Positions 20,117 to 31,580 of a stretch of 32,000 nt of DNA are shown here, in pieces. The stretch is from Buchnera aphidicola (Therioaphis trifolii) (lineage in GTDB: Bacteria; Pseudomonadota; Gammaproteobacteria; Enterobacterales; Enterobacteriaceae). The position numbers were made by a program, and so were the translations under genes. A model generated the notes under the pieces. It made no database searches. It was given only the letters and a program-made list of their open reading frames with translations, and was not told the DNA's origin. The number at the start of each line of letters is the position of its first letter. The first letter of the stretch is position 1. The DNA lies in assembly GCF_005080705.1 (NCBI RefSeq), contig NZ_CP032996.1, positions 210,001 through 242,000 on the forward strand, written 5' to 3'.

Positions 20117-21079
20117 ATGATTAAAAGAATTGGTGTTTTAACAAGTGGAGGTGATGCTCCTGGAATGAATGCCGCTATTAGATCTATAGTTCGTACAGGT
20201 TTAAATAATAAATTAGAAATGTTTGGAATATATGATGGATATTTAGGTTTATATGAAAATCGTATAATTCAATTAAAATATAGCAATGTATCTAATATGA
20301 TAAATCGTGGAGGTACATTTTTAGGATCTGCTAGATTTCCTGAATTTCATAATCATAATATTCGAACTATAGCTATAAAAAATATTAAAAATTTAAAAAT
20401 TGATGCATTAATAATAATTGGAGGAGACGGATCATATCTTGGTGCAAAAAAAATTACAGAATTAGGAATACCATGTATTAGTTTACCTGGAACAATTGAT
20501 AATGATATTTTTGGTACTGATTATACTATTGGTTATTTTACTGCATTAGAAACTATTATAGAAGCTATTGATCGTTTACGTGATACTTCATTATCACATC
20601 AACGTATTTCAATAGTTGAAGTTATGGGAAGATTTTGTGGAGATTTAACTTTATCAGCAGCCATAGCTGGAGGTTGTGAATTTATTGTATTACCTAATAT
20701 GATATTTAAAAAAGAATTATTATTAAAAGAAATACAAATTGCTATAAAAAAAGGAAAAAAACATGCAATAATTGCAATTACAGAATGTATTTGTGATGTA
20801 GAACAATTAGCTAAATATATTGAATACAATACCAATAGAGAAACTAGAGCAACTATTTTAGGTCATATACAAAGAGGAGGAGCCCCAGTTGCATATGATC
20901 GTATTTTAGCATCTAAAATGGGAAATTATGCTATTTCAAAAATATTAAAAGGATATGGTGGACAATGTATTGGAATTAAAAATGAAAAAATTATTCATTA
21001 TGACATTGATGTTGCAACTAAAAATAAAAAAAAAAAATTTCAATATAATTTATTAAAAATAGCAAAAGAATTATATTAA
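20117..21079 (+). CDS. pfkA: ATP-dependent 6-phosphofructokinase
   Basis: 320 aa. [44 protein letters not shown], and LGHIQRGG. Confidence 0.97.
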   Translation: MIKRIGVLTSGGDAPGMNAAIRSIVRTGLNNKLEMFGIYDGYLGLYENRIIQLKYSNVSNMINRGGTFLGSARFPEFHNHNIRTIAIKNIKNLKIDALIIIGGDGSYLGAKKITELGIPCISLPGTIDNDIFGTDYTIGYFTALETIIEAIDRLRDTSLSHQRISIVEVMGRFCGDLTLSAAIAGGCEFIVLPNMIFKKELLLKEIQIAIKKGKKHAIIAITECICDVEQLAKYIEYNTNRETRATILGHIQRGGAPVAYDRILASKMGNYAISKILKGYGGQCIGIKNEKIIHYDIDVATKNKKKKFQYNLLKIAKELY

Positions 21080-21093
21080 ATGATTTTTTTTAA

Positions 21094-21120
21094 GTGCCGG
21101 AAATTATCTATCACCGGCGC
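21094..21120. terminator. G/C-rich stem-loop between the convergent genes pfkA and tpiA (possible pfkA terminator or 3' stabiliser)
   Basis: 7-bp stem gtgccgg (21094-21100) / ccggcgc (21114-21120), made of six G:C pairs and one G:U pair, with a 13-nt loop. It starts 15 nt after the pfkA stop. A T8 run lies before it and an A/U-rich tail (uaaauauauuauauuuuu) after it on the plus strand. No U-run follows it on the minus strand. Confidence 0.4.
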
Positions 21121-21184
21121 TAAATATATTATATTTTTATATAAAAATATTAAATACTTTTAATAAATATATATTATTAATGAA

Positions 21185-21952
21185 TTAATAACGTAATTTA
21201 TTCGTTATTTTAATTATTTTAGTAAATTTTTCATATATTAATGCTGAGTTACCTAATAGTACTCCATTTATATCATTAGTATTAAAAAATTGTTCAATAT
21301 TATTTTCATTAACTGAACCACCATATTGTACAATAACATCATGAATATTAATATTACTATTTTCTGAAATATATGTTTTAATAAATTTATGCATTTTAAT
21401 GACATATTTTAAATCTGCTGCCTGTCCTGTCCCTATTGCCCATATAGGTTCATAAGCAATAATAGAATTTTGAAATGCATTTTTTCCTACTATTGTTATA
21501 ATTTCATCAATTTGTTTTCTACAAATTAATTCAGATTTATTAAAATTTTTTTCTTTTAAATTTTCTCCTAAACATAAAATTGGAATTATTTTTTTTGATT
21601 TTAAAATTTTAAATTTTTGAGCAATACATTTATTATTTTCATAATGTAATATTCTTCGTTCAGAATGTCCAATAATAACATATTTTACTCCAATATCTTT
21701 TATCATATTAACAGAAATTTCACCAGTAAATGCTCCTGATAAATTTAAATCAACATTTTGAGCACCTAAAAAAAAATTTTTTTCTTGAATTATATCTTTA
21801 ATATTATTTATATATACTATCGGAGGAATAAAAATTATAGTATTAATAATACTATGTGTTTTAAAAAACATTTTTAATTTTTTTATAAAATTAGATATTA
21901 ATATATTATTTCCATTTAATTTCCAATTTCCTGCAATAATAAATTTATTCAT
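21185..21952 (-). CDS. tpiA: Triosephosphate isomerase
   Basis: 255 aa. AGNWKLNG, IIGHSERR, AYEPIWAIGTG, and QYGGSV. GAGGA lies upstream of the ATG. Confidence 0.95.
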   Translation of the reverse strand: MNKFIIAGNWKLNGNNILISNFIKKLKMFFKTHSIINTIIFIPPIVYINNIKDIIQEKNFFLGAQNVDLNLSGAFTGEISVNMIKDIGVKYVIIGHSERRILHYENNKCIAQKFKILKSKKIIPILCLGENLKEKNFNKSELICRKQIDEIITIVGKNAFQNSIIAYEPIWAIGTGQAADLKYVIKMHKFIKTYISENSNINIHDVIVQYGGSVNENNIEQFFNTNDINGVLLGNSALIYEKFTKIIKITNKLRY

Positions 21953-21967
21953 AATATCCTCAAATCT

Positions 21968-22014
21968 AAGAAACTAAGTTACTAAATAAATATTTATATA
22001 TAACTTAGTTTCTT
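21968..22014 (-). terminator. 14-bp stem-loop downstream of rpsA and immediately upstream of the tpiA ribosome-binding site
   Basis: Perfect stem aagaaactaagtta (21968-21981) / taacttagtttctt (22001-22014) with a 19-nt loop; every pair was checked by hand. It contains G/C positions, so it is less likely to arise by chance than all-A/T stems. On the minus strand it is followed by agauuuGAGGAuauuAUG (the tpiA start), not by a clean U-run. Confidence 0.45.
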
Positions 22015-22089
22015 TAAAAGAAATATAATTTATATTATATAAAATATTATATATTTAATATAATTAATTTAGTTTTTTTATTAAGTAAA

Positions 22090-23712
22090 TTATTTTTTAT
22101 TTAATTTAAAAAAAGGATCATTTTTAAATTTATTTATAAAAGCTTGTTTTTCATCTTTTTTATTTTTATATATTTTATATAAAATTAATTTAATAATTCG
22201 ATTTTTACGATCAAATTTATTAAATTTACATTCAATTAAATCATTTATATTTAATACATCTAATTTTTTTGTAATATTAATAATACCAATAACATCATTA
22301 CCTAAATCAATTTTAGCAATTTTATTATTAATTGAAATAACTTGTCCTGGAACAATATCATCTTTTTTATATTTTTGAATATATTTACTAAAAGTATCTT
22401 CTTTTAATTGTTTTATTCCTAAAGAAATTCTTTCTCTTTCAGGATCTACTTGTAATACTACAGCAATAATATCATTTCCTTTTTTATATTTATTTAATTC
22501 TTTTTCATTATCATGTTTCCATGAAAGATCTGATAAATGCACTAATCCATCAATTCCACCTTTTAAACCAATAAAAATTCCAAAATCAGTAATAGACTTA
22601 ATTTTTCCTTTTACATGTACTCCTCTTTTATTTACTTTAGAAAATATTTCCCATGGATTTGGTTTACATTGTTTAATACCTAATGAAATTCGACGTCTTT
22701 CAGCATCAATATCTAATATCATTACTTTAACAATTTCATTAATATGTACTATTTTATTAGGATGAATATTTTTATTTGTCCAATCAATTTCAGAAATATG
22801 TACTAAACCTTCTATACCTTCTTCAATTTCAACAAAACAACCATAATCTGTTAAATTTGTTACTCTTCCAGTGATTTTTTTACCCTCATGATATCGAGTT
22901 AAAATAGAATTCCATGGATCTTCACTTAATTGTTTTAATCCTAATGAAACTCTTGTTTTTTCTTTATCAAATTTTAATATTTTTACAAAAATTTCATCTC
23001 CAATACTAACAATATCACTTGGATGTTTTACTCTTTTCCAAGACATATCAGTTATATGTAATAAACCATCTACTCCACCTAAATCAACAAATGCACCATA
23101 ATCAGTTAAATTTTTTATTATACCTTTAATTTTCATACCTTCTTGAAGATTTAATAATAATTGATCTCTTTCAGCACTTGTTTCAGATTCAATAACTGCT
23201 TTTCTTGATACAACAACATTATTTCTTTTTTGATCTAATTTAATTACTTTAAATTCTAATTCTTTATTTTCTAAATGACTAGTATCTTTAATAGGTCTAA
23301 TATCTACTAATGAACCCGGTAAAAATGCACGTAAATCATTTAACTCAACAGTAAATCCACCTTTTACTCTTCCAATAATTATTCCCATTACAATTTCAGA
23401 TTTTGCATATGCTTTTTCTAATTCAATCCAACATTCATGTTTTTTTGCTTTTTCTCTAGATAATATTGTTTCTCCAAAACCATCTTCTATAGCATCTAAA
23501 GCAACATCAATATTATCACCAACTTTAACTTCTAAATGACCAAATTTATTTCGAAATTGTTCAATAGGAACATATGATTCAGATTTTAAACCAGAATCAA
23601 TTAAAACTGAATCTTTTTTTATTGCAATAACTGTTCCTGAAATAATTGATCCAGTTTTTGTTTGGATATTTTTTAAAGATTTTTCAAATAACTGTGAAAA
23701 TGTTTCATTCAT
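22090..23712 (-). CDS. rpsA: 30S ribosomal protein S1
   Basis: 540 aa with repeated S1 domains (for example [62 protein letters not shown]). The N-terminus [10 protein letters not shown] matches E. coli MTESFAQLFE. It follows cmk, as in E. coli. Confidence 0.96.
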   Translation of the reverse strand: MNETFSQLFEKSLKNIQTKTGSIISGTVIAIKKDSVLIDSGLKSESYVPIEQFRNKFGHLEVKVGDNIDVALDAIEDGFGETILSREKAKKHECWIELEKAYAKSEIVMGIIIGRVKGGFTVELNDLRAFLPGSLVDIRPIKDTSHLENKELEFKVIKLDQKRNNVVVSRKAVIESETSAERDQLLLNLQEGMKIKGIIKNLTDYGAFVDLGGVDGLLHITDMSWKRVKHPSDIVSIGDEIFVKILKFDKEKTRVSLGLKQLSEDPWNSILTRYHEGKKITGRVTNLTDYGCFVEIEEGIEGLVHISEIDWTNKNIHPNKIVHINEIVKVMILDIDAERRRISLGIKQCKPNPWEIFSKVNKRGVHVKGKIKSITDFGIFIGLKGGIDGLVHLSDLSWKHDNEKELNKYKKGNDIIAVVLQVDPERERISLGIKQLKEDTFSKYIQKYKKDDIVPGQVISINNKIAKIDLGNDVIGIINITKKLDVLNINDLIECKFNKFDRKNRIIKLILYKIYKNKKDEKQAFINKFKNDPFFKLNKK

Positions 23713-23798
23713 ATATATTTTTTTAATTCAATTTAATTTAACAACTATTTTTACTTCATGTAAAATAGGTTAGTTAATATTTTCTATAATCATCCTAA

Positions 23799-24491
23799 TT
23801 ATAGAGTATATTTTTTAAAATATTTATTTTTTTTAATATATTTTATTACTAATTTAAAAACTTCTGTGCAATTCATATTACTAGAATCTATAATAATTGC
23901 ATTATTTGCTGGTTTTAATGGAGAATATTTTCTATTAATATCTCTATTATCTCTTTTTTGAATTTGAAACAATATATTTTTAAAATTAATATTAAAACCT
24001 TTGTTTTTTAATTCATACATTCTTCTATAAACTCTTTGTTTTAATGTTGCTTTTAAAAAAATTTTAATAATAGCATCAGGAAATACAACAGTTCCCATAT
24101 CACGACCATTAGCAATTAATCCAGGTTTTTTACGAAATAACCTTTGTTTAATTAATAAATTTTTTCTTACATAAGAAATAGTTGATAATTTTGAAGCTAT
24201 ATTTGTTACTTCTTTTGATATAATATATTTTTTTGAAAATTCTTTTGTTATAAAATTATATATCATTCCATTTTTATAAATAAAATAATTATCTAAATCA
24301 TTTAATAATGATAATAAATTATTTTTTGAAATTAAACCATTTTTTTTTAAAAATAAACATGCAAATATTCTATAAATAATACCAGATTCTAAATTAAACC
24401 ATTTTAAATATTTAGATAATGATTTAGATAAAACACTTTTTCCCGATCCACTAGGCCCATCTATTGTAATAACAGGAGCTAATTTTATCAT
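23799..24491 (-). CDS. cmk: Cytidylate kinase
   Basis: 230 aa. APVITIDGPSGSGKS matches E. coli APVITIDGPSGAGKG. Also GLIANGRDMGTVVFPDA and the RDNRD region. Confidence 0.92.
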   Translation of the reverse strand: MIKLAPVITIDGPSGSGKSVLSKSLSKYLKWFNLESGIIYRIFACLFLKKNGLISKNNLLSLLNDLDNYFIYKNGMIYNFITKEFSKKYIISKEVTNIASKLSTISYVRKNLLIKQRLFRKKPGLIANGRDMGTVVFPDAIIKIFLKATLKQRVYRRMYELKNKGFNINFKNILFQIQKRDNRDINRKYSPLKPANNAIIIDSSNMNCTEVFKLVIKYIKKNKYFKKYTL

Positions 24492-24578
24492 TTAAAAATT
24501 CTCATATAAAATTTATTGAATGAATATAAATATATAAAATTATTTTAATTTATTTATAATATTTTTTTATAATATATT

Positions 24579-25868
24579 TTATTTTTTTAAATTACTAATT
24601 TTTTTAAATTCAGAAAAATATTTTGGAAATGTTTTTGAAACACAATTAGGATTCATAATTGTAACAGGTGTATTAGATAATGCTATTAAAGAAAAACACA
24701 TAGCCATTCTATGATCATTATAAGTATTAATTTTTGCGTGTATAAATTCTTTTGGAGGAGTAATACTAATATAATCTTCACCTTCTATAATATTTGCTCC
24801 AATTTTTTTTAATTCATTTGACATAGCATGTAATCTATCTGTTTCTTTCACTCTCCAATTATATATATTTTTAATATTTGTAGTAGATCCATCTGTAAAT
24901 AAACCTAACATAGCAATAGTCATTGCTGCATCAGGAATATCATTTGCATCTAAAGTAATTCCTTTTAATTGACCTTTCATACATTCTATAAAGTTTTCTC
25001 CCCAATGAATTTTAGCACCCATTTTTTTTAAAATATCTACAAATTTTATATCTCCTTGTATACTATCCTGATTAATACCTATAACTTTAATTTTTTTACC
25101 TTTAATTGCAGCAGCAGCAAGAAAATAAGTTGCTGAAGATGCATCACCTTCAATTAAATATTCACCAGGAGAATGATATGTTTGATTTCCAGGAATATAA
25201 AAATCCTGATAATGATTGTTATATACCATAATTCCAAAATCTTCCATAATTTTAAGCGTCATATCAATATATGGTTGAGATACTAATGTATTTTTAATAA
25301 TAATATTAGTATCTTTTTTTGATAAAGGAGCTGATATTAATAAAGATGTTAAAAATTGACTAGAAATATTACTCTTAATAATAATTTTTCCACCAACAAA
25401 TCCTCCTTGTATTTTTATTGGTAAATAATTTTCTTGTTCTAAATATTTAATTTTTCCTCCCCCTTGTCTTAAAGAATCTATTAAATCTTTAATAGGACGT
25501 TTTTTCATACTTAAATCACCAGTAATAATAATTTCTTTATTTTGTAAAGATAAAATTGCAGTTAAAGGCCTTACTACAGTACCTGCATTACCTAAAAATA
25601 AAGATATACCTGATTGATATTGAAAATTATTTGAACATCCATAAATAATACAATTATTTTTATTAATTAAATTATATTTTATACCCATTATTTTTAATGC
25701 ATTTAACATATGAATAGTATCATCACTATATAATATATTTTTTAAATGAGTTTTCCCATTAGATAATGCAGATAATAATAATACTCGATTTGTAATGCTT
25801 TTTGATCCTGGTAAATATATATTTCCATTAACTTCAGATATTGGATTTAAAGTTAAAAAATTATTCAT
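24579..25868 (-). CDS. aroA: 3-phosphoshikimate 1-carboxyvinyltransferase (EPSP synthase)
   Basis: 429 aa. [23 protein letters not shown], the KETDRL region ([10 protein letters not shown]), and [16 protein letters not shown] lies upstream of the ATG. It follows serC, as in the E. coli serC-aroA operon. Confidence 0.96.
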   Translation of the reverse strand: MNNFLTLNPISEVNGNIYLPGSKSITNRVLLLSALSNGKTHLKNILYSDDTIHMLNALKIMGIKYNLINKNNCIIYGCSNNFQYQSGISLFLGNAGTVVRPLTAILSLQNKEIIITGDLSMKKRPIKDLIDSLRQGGGKIKYLEQENYLPIKIQGGFVGGKIIIKSNISSQFLTSLLISAPLSKKDTNIIIKNTLVSQPYIDMTLKIMEDFGIMVYNNHYQDFYIPGNQTYHSPGEYLIEGDASSATYFLAAAAIKGKKIKVIGINQDSIQGDIKFVDILKKMGAKIHWGENFIECMKGQLKGITLDANDIPDAAMTIAMLGLFTDGSTTNIKNIYNWRVKETDRLHAMSNELKKIGANIIEGEDYISITPPKEFIHAKINTYNDHRMAMCFSLIALSNTPVTIMNPNCVSKTFPKYFSEFKKISNLKK

Positions 25869-25944
25869 ATAATTATTTTCCTATAAAAATATTAAATTTA
25901 AGTTTTATTTTTAATTTTATAAAATTAATATAATTTTTTTAAAA

Positions 25945-27033
25945 TTATTTAAATTTATTTTCAAAATCTATCATAAATGATACTAATTTTTCAACTCCAG
26001 ATAAAGGCATAGCATTATATATAGATGCACGAAATCCGCCTATTATTTTATGTCCTTTTAAAAATTTTAATCCGAATTTATTTGCTTCTTTTAAAAAAAG
26101 ATCATTTAATTTTTTGTTTTTTAATTGAAAAGTAATATTCATACGTGATCTATTTTTTGAATGAATATTATTAATATAAAAATTACTATCATCAATTTTT
26201 TGATATAATAAATTAGATTTTTTAATATTTATTTTTTCAAAATAATCAATTCCTCCTTTTTTTTTTACCCATTTTAATACCAAACTAATAATATACCAAG
26301 AAAAAGTTACTGGAGTATTTAACATAGATTGAAATAAAAAATTCTTTTTATAATTTAAAATTGATGGTATATCAGAATTTTTATATTCTAATAATGATTT
26401 TTTTATAATAACTATAGTAATACCTGATGGTCCAAGATTTTTTTGTGCACTAGCATAAATTAAATCATATTTTTTAATATTAATTTTTTGAGATAATAAG
26501 TATGAAGAAAAATCTCCTATAACTATTTTATCTTTAAAATTTGGTTCTTCATATATTGAAATACCTTCAATAGTTTCATTTGGACAATAATGTATATAAT
26601 CTGAATTTTTATGTAATAACCATTTTTTCATATTAGAAATTGATATTTTTCCATTAATGTATTCTCTAACATATATATTATTAGGAAAACAATATTTTTT
26701 TGCTTCTAAAAAAGCTTGATAAGACCAATAACCACTATTAATATAATCTGCGCAATTAAATTTATTTAATAAATTCATCGGTATTGCAGAAAATTGTCCT
26801 CGTGCTCCCCCTTGACAAAATAATATTACATATTCTTTAGGAATATTCAATAATTCTTTTAAATATTTTTTAGAATTTTTAATTATTTCATTAAATTCTA
26901 TACTTCTATGACTAATTTCTATTATTGATGCACCAATATTATTCCAATTTAAAAAATTTTTTTTTACTTTTTTTAAAACTTCTTCTGGAAGCATAGCAGG
27001 TCCAGCACTAAAATTATATATTTTTTTATTCAT
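25945..27033 (-). CDS. serC: Phosphoserine aminotransferase
   Basis: 362 aa. NFSAGPAMLP, CQGGARGQFS, the PLP-lysine context ASAQKNLGPSG, and GGFRASIYNAMP. Confidence 0.95.
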   Translation of the reverse strand: MNKKIYNFSAGPAMLPEEVLKKVKKNFLNWNNIGASIIEISHRSIEFNEIIKNSKKYLKELLNIPKEYVILFCQGGARGQFSAIPMNLLNKFNCADYINSGYWSYQAFLEAKKYCFPNNIYVREYINGKISISNMKKWLLHKNSDYIHYCPNETIEGISIYEEPNFKDKIVIGDFSSYLLSQKINIKKYDLIYASAQKNLGPSGITIVIIKKSLLEYKNSDIPSILNYKKNFLFQSMLNTPVTFSWYIISLVLKWVKKKGGIDYFEKINIKKSNLLYQKIDDSNFYINNIHSKNRSRMNITFQLKNKKLNDLFLKEANKFGLKFLKGHKIIGGFRASIYNAMPLSGVEKLVSFMIDFENKFK

Positions 27034-27064
27034 ATTTTATCTTATTTTAAAAAAATTTATAAAA

Positions 27065-28360
27065 TTAATTAAGAAATTTCATACCATTTAAATATTTTTG
27101 ACTTAATATTTCTGGTATTTCAATTAATCCATTAGAATTTTGATAATTTTCTAAAATTGCTGCTAATGTTCTTCCAATAGCTAATCCTGAACCATTAATT
27201 GTATGTAATAAAATTTTTTTGTTTGTTTTATTTTGGTAATATTTTGCTTGTATTCGCCTTGTTTGAAAATCTGACATATTTGAACAAGAAGAAATTTCTC
27301 GATAAGTATTTTGTGATGGAAACCATACTTCTAAATCATATGATTTAGTAGCTGCAAATCCCATATCTCCAGTACATAATAACATTTTTCTATATGGTAA
27401 TTTTAATAATTTTAATATCTTTTCTGCATGTAATGTTAATTGTTCTAAACAAAACATAGAATTTTCAGGATTAGTAATTTGAAAAAGTTCCACTTTATCA
27501 AATTGATGCAATCTAATTAATCCTCTTGTATCTTTTCCATAAGATAAATTTTCTGATCGAAAACAGGGTGAATATGCAGTTAATTTAATAGGTAAATCAT
27601 TTTCTTTAATAGTCATATTACGAAATAAATTTGTTAATGGAACTTCTGCTGTTGGTATTAAAATATATTTATCATTTTTTTGATTTTTATTTATTGTAGA
27701 TACATAAAATAATTCTTCTTTAAATTTAGGTAATTGTCCAGTACCATACATACTATTTTTATTTACTAAATATGGTATATTCATTTCAATATATCCATGT
27801 TCCATAGTGTGTACATCTAACATTAATTGTCCTATTGCTCGATATAATAATGCCATTTTATTTTTCATAATTACAAAACGTGCACCAGACATTTCACTTG
27901 CTGAAAACCAATCAAATCCATTAATTTTTTTACCTAATTCTATATGATCTTGAACATTAAAATTATATTTTTTTATTTTACCCCATGATTTAATTTTTAA
28001 ATTATTAATATAATTATTACCAATTGGAACCGTAGAATCAGGTATATTTGGAATTAATGATGTAAATTTTTTAATTTTTTTTTTAATTTTTTTTAATTCA
28101 TTATTTTTAATTTTTAAAATTTCTTTTATTTTTAAAACTTGTTTTTTTAAATCTATAATAGATGTTTGAATATTTTTATTTTTTCCAATTATTTGAGATA
28201 ATTTTTTATATTTATGTCTTAAATTTTCAAAATCAATTTGTAATTCTTTACGTTTTTTTTCTATTAAAAATAAATATTTTTTATCTAAAATAAAACCCCG
28301 AGTTTCTAATTTTTTAGAAATTATATCAATTTGATGACGTAATAAATATGGATTAATCAT
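27065..28360 (-). CDS. serS: Serine--tRNA ligase
   Basis: 431 aa. N-terminal coiled-coil arm. TAEVPLTN, class II motif 2 context SPCFRSE, and motif 3 context NGSGLAIGRTLAAILENYQ. Confidence 0.96.
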   Translation of the reverse strand: MINPYLLRHQIDIISKKLETRGFILDKKYLFLIEKKRKELQIDFENLRHKYKKLSQIIGKNKNIQTSIIDLKKQVLKIKEILKIKNNELKKIKKKIKKFTSLIPNIPDSTVPIGNNYINNLKIKSWGKIKKYNFNVQDHIELGKKINGFDWFSASEMSGARFVIMKNKMALLYRAIGQLMLDVHTMEHGYIEMNIPYLVNKNSMYGTGQLPKFKEELFYVSTINKNQKNDKYILIPTAEVPLTNLFRNMTIKENDLPIKLTAYSPCFRSENLSYGKDTRGLIRLHQFDKVELFQITNPENSMFCLEQLTLHAEKILKLLKLPYRKMLLCTGDMGFAATKSYDLEVWFPSQNTYREISSCSNMSDFQTRRIQAKYYQNKTNKKILLHTINGSGLAIGRTLAAILENYQNSNGLIEIPEILSQKYLNGMKFLN

Positions 28361-28547
28361 AATATTTAAAATTATTAAATTAATAATATTAATATAACAT
28401 ATTGATATATTAATTATAATTATTATATTTAAAAAAATATATTAATAATTAATATATAATATTATATAATTAATTATTAAAATTTATTATATAAATATTA
28501 TTTTTTATTATATTAATATGTTTAAATATTTTTATTGAGTATTTATA

Positions 28548-29522
28548 ATGTATAAAAAAAATAAAATTATTCATAAATTAATTATTATTGGATCAGGACC
28601 TGCAGGATATACAGCTGCTATATATGCATCAAGAGCTAATTTAAAACCTTTATTAATTACTGGATTATATAAAGGGGGACAATTAATAAAAACTGAAAAA
28701 ATTGAAAATTGGCCTGGAAGATTTCAAAAAACAACAGGTTTTGAATTAATGAATGACATGGAAAAACATGCAAAATCTTTACAAACAAATATTATTGAAG
28801 ATGAAGTATTAAATATTAATCATATAAATAATTATTTTAAAATTAATTGTCATAATAAAAAATATTTTAGTTATTCAATAATTATTGCTACAGGATCCTC
28901 ACCAAAATATTTAGGAATAAAAAAAGAAAAAGAATTTATAGGAAAAGGAATATCAACATGTGCTACATGTGATGGTTTTTTTTATAAAAATAAAACAGTT
29001 TGTATTGTTGGAGGAGGTAATACAGCTATAGAAGAAGTATTGTATTTATCAAATATTGCTTCTGAAATACATTTAATACATCGAAAAAAAAATTTTAAAG
29101 CAGAAAAAATTTTAATAAATAGATTATATCAAATAATGAAAAAAAAAAATATTATTTTACATACTGATTATATTATTTCAGATATTATAGTAAATGAAAA
29201 AGAAATTATTTCAATTAAAATTAATTCTACTCAAAAACAAAAAACAAAAAATATTAATACATCAGCATTGTTTATTGCTATTGGTAGCATTCCAAATACT
29301 AAAATATTTAAAAATTTAATAAAAACAAAAAATGGATATATTGTATTAAATAAAAAAAAACAAAACATCACAACTCAAACAAATATAAAAGGTATTTTTG
29401 CAGCAGGAGATGTTGTAGATTATATTTATAAACAAGCAATAACATCTGCTGCAAGTGGATGTATGGCAGCATTAGATGCAGAAAAATATTTAAATAATTT
29501 AAATTTAAATAATACTATTTAA
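28548..29522 (+). CDS. trxB: Thioredoxin reductase
   Basis: 324 aa. FAD motif [20 protein letters not shown], redox-active CATCDG, NADPH-site GGGNTAIEE, and GIFAAGDV. Confidence 0.95.
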   Translation: MYKKNKIIHKLIIIGSGPAGYTAAIYASRANLKPLLITGLYKGGQLIKTEKIENWPGRFQKTTGFELMNDMEKHAKSLQTNIIEDEVLNINHINNYFKINCHNKKYFSYSIIIATGSSPKYLGIKKEKEFIGKGISTCATCDGFFYKNKTVCIVGGGNTAIEEVLYLSNIASEIHLIHRKKNFKAEKILINRLYQIMKKKNIILHTDYIISDIIVNEKEIISIKINSTQKQKTKNINTSALFIAIGSIPNTKIFKNLIKTKNGYIVLNKKKQNITTQTNIKGIFAAGDVVDYIYKQAITSAASGCMAALDAEKYLNNLNLNNTI

Positions 29523-29544
29523 CATTATAATAAAGGATAATATA

Positions 29545-29760
29545 ATGAAAGAAAATAACATTGAAATGCAAGGTAATATTATAGATACATTACCAAATAC
29601 AATGTTTAAAGTAAAATTAGAAAATGGACATATTATTACTGCACATATATCTGGAAAAATGAGAAAAAATTATATTCGAATATTAACAGGAGATAAAGTA
29701 ACAGTAGAACTTACTCCTTATGATTTAACTAAAGGAAGAATTATTTTTCGTAGTCGATAA
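29545..29760 (+). CDS. infA: Translation initiation factor IF-1
   Basis: 71 aa, almost colinear with E. coli IF-1: [61 protein letters not shown] lies upstream of the ATG. Confidence 0.97.
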   Translation: MKENNIEMQGNIIDTLPNTMFKVKLENGHIITAHISGKMRKNYIRILTGDKVTVELTPYDLTKGRIIFRSR

Positions 29761-29794
29761 AATATTAAAATTTTATAATAGGTAAAAAACATTG

Positions 29795-31492
29795 ATGCGT
29801 ACAAAATATTGTGGAAAAATTAAAATATCTGATATTAATACAATTGTTACATTATGTGGATGGGTACATCGTAAGAGAAATTTTGGAAATTTTATTTTTA
29901 TTGATATGAGAGATTGTAAAGGTATTATACAGATATTTTTTAATTCTAATAATCATATTCTTTTTAAAAATGCATTAAAATTAAAACAGGAATTTTGTAT
30001 ACAAGTAACTGGAATAGTAAAAAAAAGAAAATTTAAAAATATTAATAAAAAAATTAATACTGGAGAAATTGAAGTTATTGCTAATAATTTAAAAATTTTT
30101 AATGCATCAGAATCTTTACCTATAGATATTCATAATATTAATGAAGAAAAAATTCGATTTAAATATCGTTATTTAGATTTACGTAATTTAAATATGTTGA
30201 AAAATTTAAAAATACGTCATAAAATTACTGAAAATATAAGAAATTTTATGAATAAAAATAATTTTTTAAATATTGAAACACCTATTTTAAGTAAATCTAC
30301 TCCTGAAGGAGCTCAAGAATATTTAGTTTCAAGTAGAATGCATAAAAAAAAATATTATGCCTTACCTCAATCTCCGCAAATATTTAAACAATTATTAATG
30401 ATTTCTGGTATAGATAGATATTATCAAATTGCAAAATGTTTTCGAGATGAAGATTTAAGATCTGATCGACAACCTGAATTTACACAAATAGATATAGAAG
30501 CATCATTTATTAATGATATTCAAATACGAGAAATTACTGAATTAATGATACAATCATTATGGAAAAAAATTATTAATTATAATTTAAAAAAATTTCCTAT
30601 TATATCATTTCAGGAATCTATTGAAAAGTATGGTTCTGATAAACCTGATTTAAGAAATCCTATTATATTACATAATATAAATAATATAATTCAAAAATCT
30701 GATAATAAATTTAATAAATTACATAGTATAGTAGTAGCTATAATAATTCCAAAAGGAATATTAAAATTAAAACAAAAACAAATAGATAAATTTAATAAAT
30801 TAATTAATTTAGAAAAAAATATTGAATATTCATATATTTATATTAATAATACTAAAATAAAATATAATATTATTACTTTTTCAAAAATTTTTCAAAAACA
30901 TATTATAGAAATTATTAATTTTATAAAAGCTAAAAATAATGATATAATTTTAATTATGTCTGGAAAATCTAATGTAATATATAATTTATTTCATAAATTA
31001 AGAAAAATAATTGCTCAAGAAATTAATATTATTAAAAAAAATACTTGGAAACCTGTTTGGATTATTGATTTTCCTATGTTTAAAAAAAATAAAAATAAAA
31101 TTTCAGCAGTACATCATTTATTTACAGCTCCGAAGAATATTGATATAAATATATTAAAAAAAAATCCTGAATCTGTCATTTCTAATTCTTATGATTTAGT
31201 AATTAATGGATATGAAATTGGAGGAGGATCTGTACGTATTAATAATTTTAAAATACAAAAAATTATTTTTGAAATATTAGGAATATCAATTATAAATAAA
31301 AATAATCCATTTCATTTTTTTCTTAATGCATTAAAATATGGTACACCGCCCCATGCAGGAATTGCTTTAGGATTAGATAGAATTGTTATGCTATTAACAA
31401 AAAATAAATCTATAAAAGATGTTATTGCATTCCCTAAAACTAATACAGCTACTTGTTTAATGACTAAATCTCCATCTAAATTAATATATTAA
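29795..31492 (+). CDS. aspS: Aspartate--tRNA ligase
   Basis: MRTKYCGKI matches E. coli MRTEYCGQL, so I take ATG 29795 as the start; the ORF-track TTG at 29792 adds one codon. Also [36 protein letters not shown], and GLDRIVMLL. Confidence 0.95.
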   Translation: MRTKYCGKIKISDINTIVTLCGWVHRKRNFGNFIFIDMRDCKGIIQIFFNSNNHILFKNALKLKQEFCIQVTGIVKKRKFKNINKKINTGEIEVIANNLKIFNASESLPIDIHNINEEKIRFKYRYLDLRNLNMLKNLKIRHKITENIRNFMNKNNFLNIETPILSKSTPEGAQEYLVSSRMHKKKYYALPQSPQIFKQLLMISGIDRYYQIAKCFRDEDLRSDRQPEFTQIDIEASFINDIQIREITELMIQSLWKKIINYNLKKFPIISFQESIEKYGSDKPDLRNPIILHNINNIIQKSDNKFNKLHSIVVAIIIPKGILKLKQKQIDKFNKLINLEKNIEYSYIYINNTKIKYNIITFSKIFQKHIIEIINFIKAKNNDIILIMSGKSNVIYNLFHKLRKIIAQEINIIKKNTWKPVWIIDFPMFKKNKNKISAVHHLFTAPKNIDINILKKNPESVISNSYDLVINGYEIGGGSVRINNFKIQKIIFEILGISIINKNNPFHFFLNALKYGTPPHAGIALGLDRIVMLLTKNKSIKDVIAFPKTNTATCLMTKSPSKLIY

Positions 31493-31548
31493 TAATATTA
31501 ATTATAAAAAAATTATTTAATTATATTAATATTATTAATTAATTTAAT

Positions 31549-31580
31549 ATTATATAAAATAAAAATTTATTTTATATAAT
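31549..31580. terminator. Candidate all-A/T hairpin in the convergent aspS-pykA spacer
   Basis: 15-bp perfect arms (31549-31563 / 31566-31580) around a 2-nt centre, checked by hand. It is all A/T and so only marginally above chance in this composition. Its position between convergent genes is the only functional hint. Confidence 0.25.

Noticed and set aside
20599-20835. 78-aa ORF antisense to pfkA
   Set aside because: The reasoning is the same as for the gapA antisense ORF. It is embedded in the conserved pfkA core, has no independent signals, and is a likely artefact.
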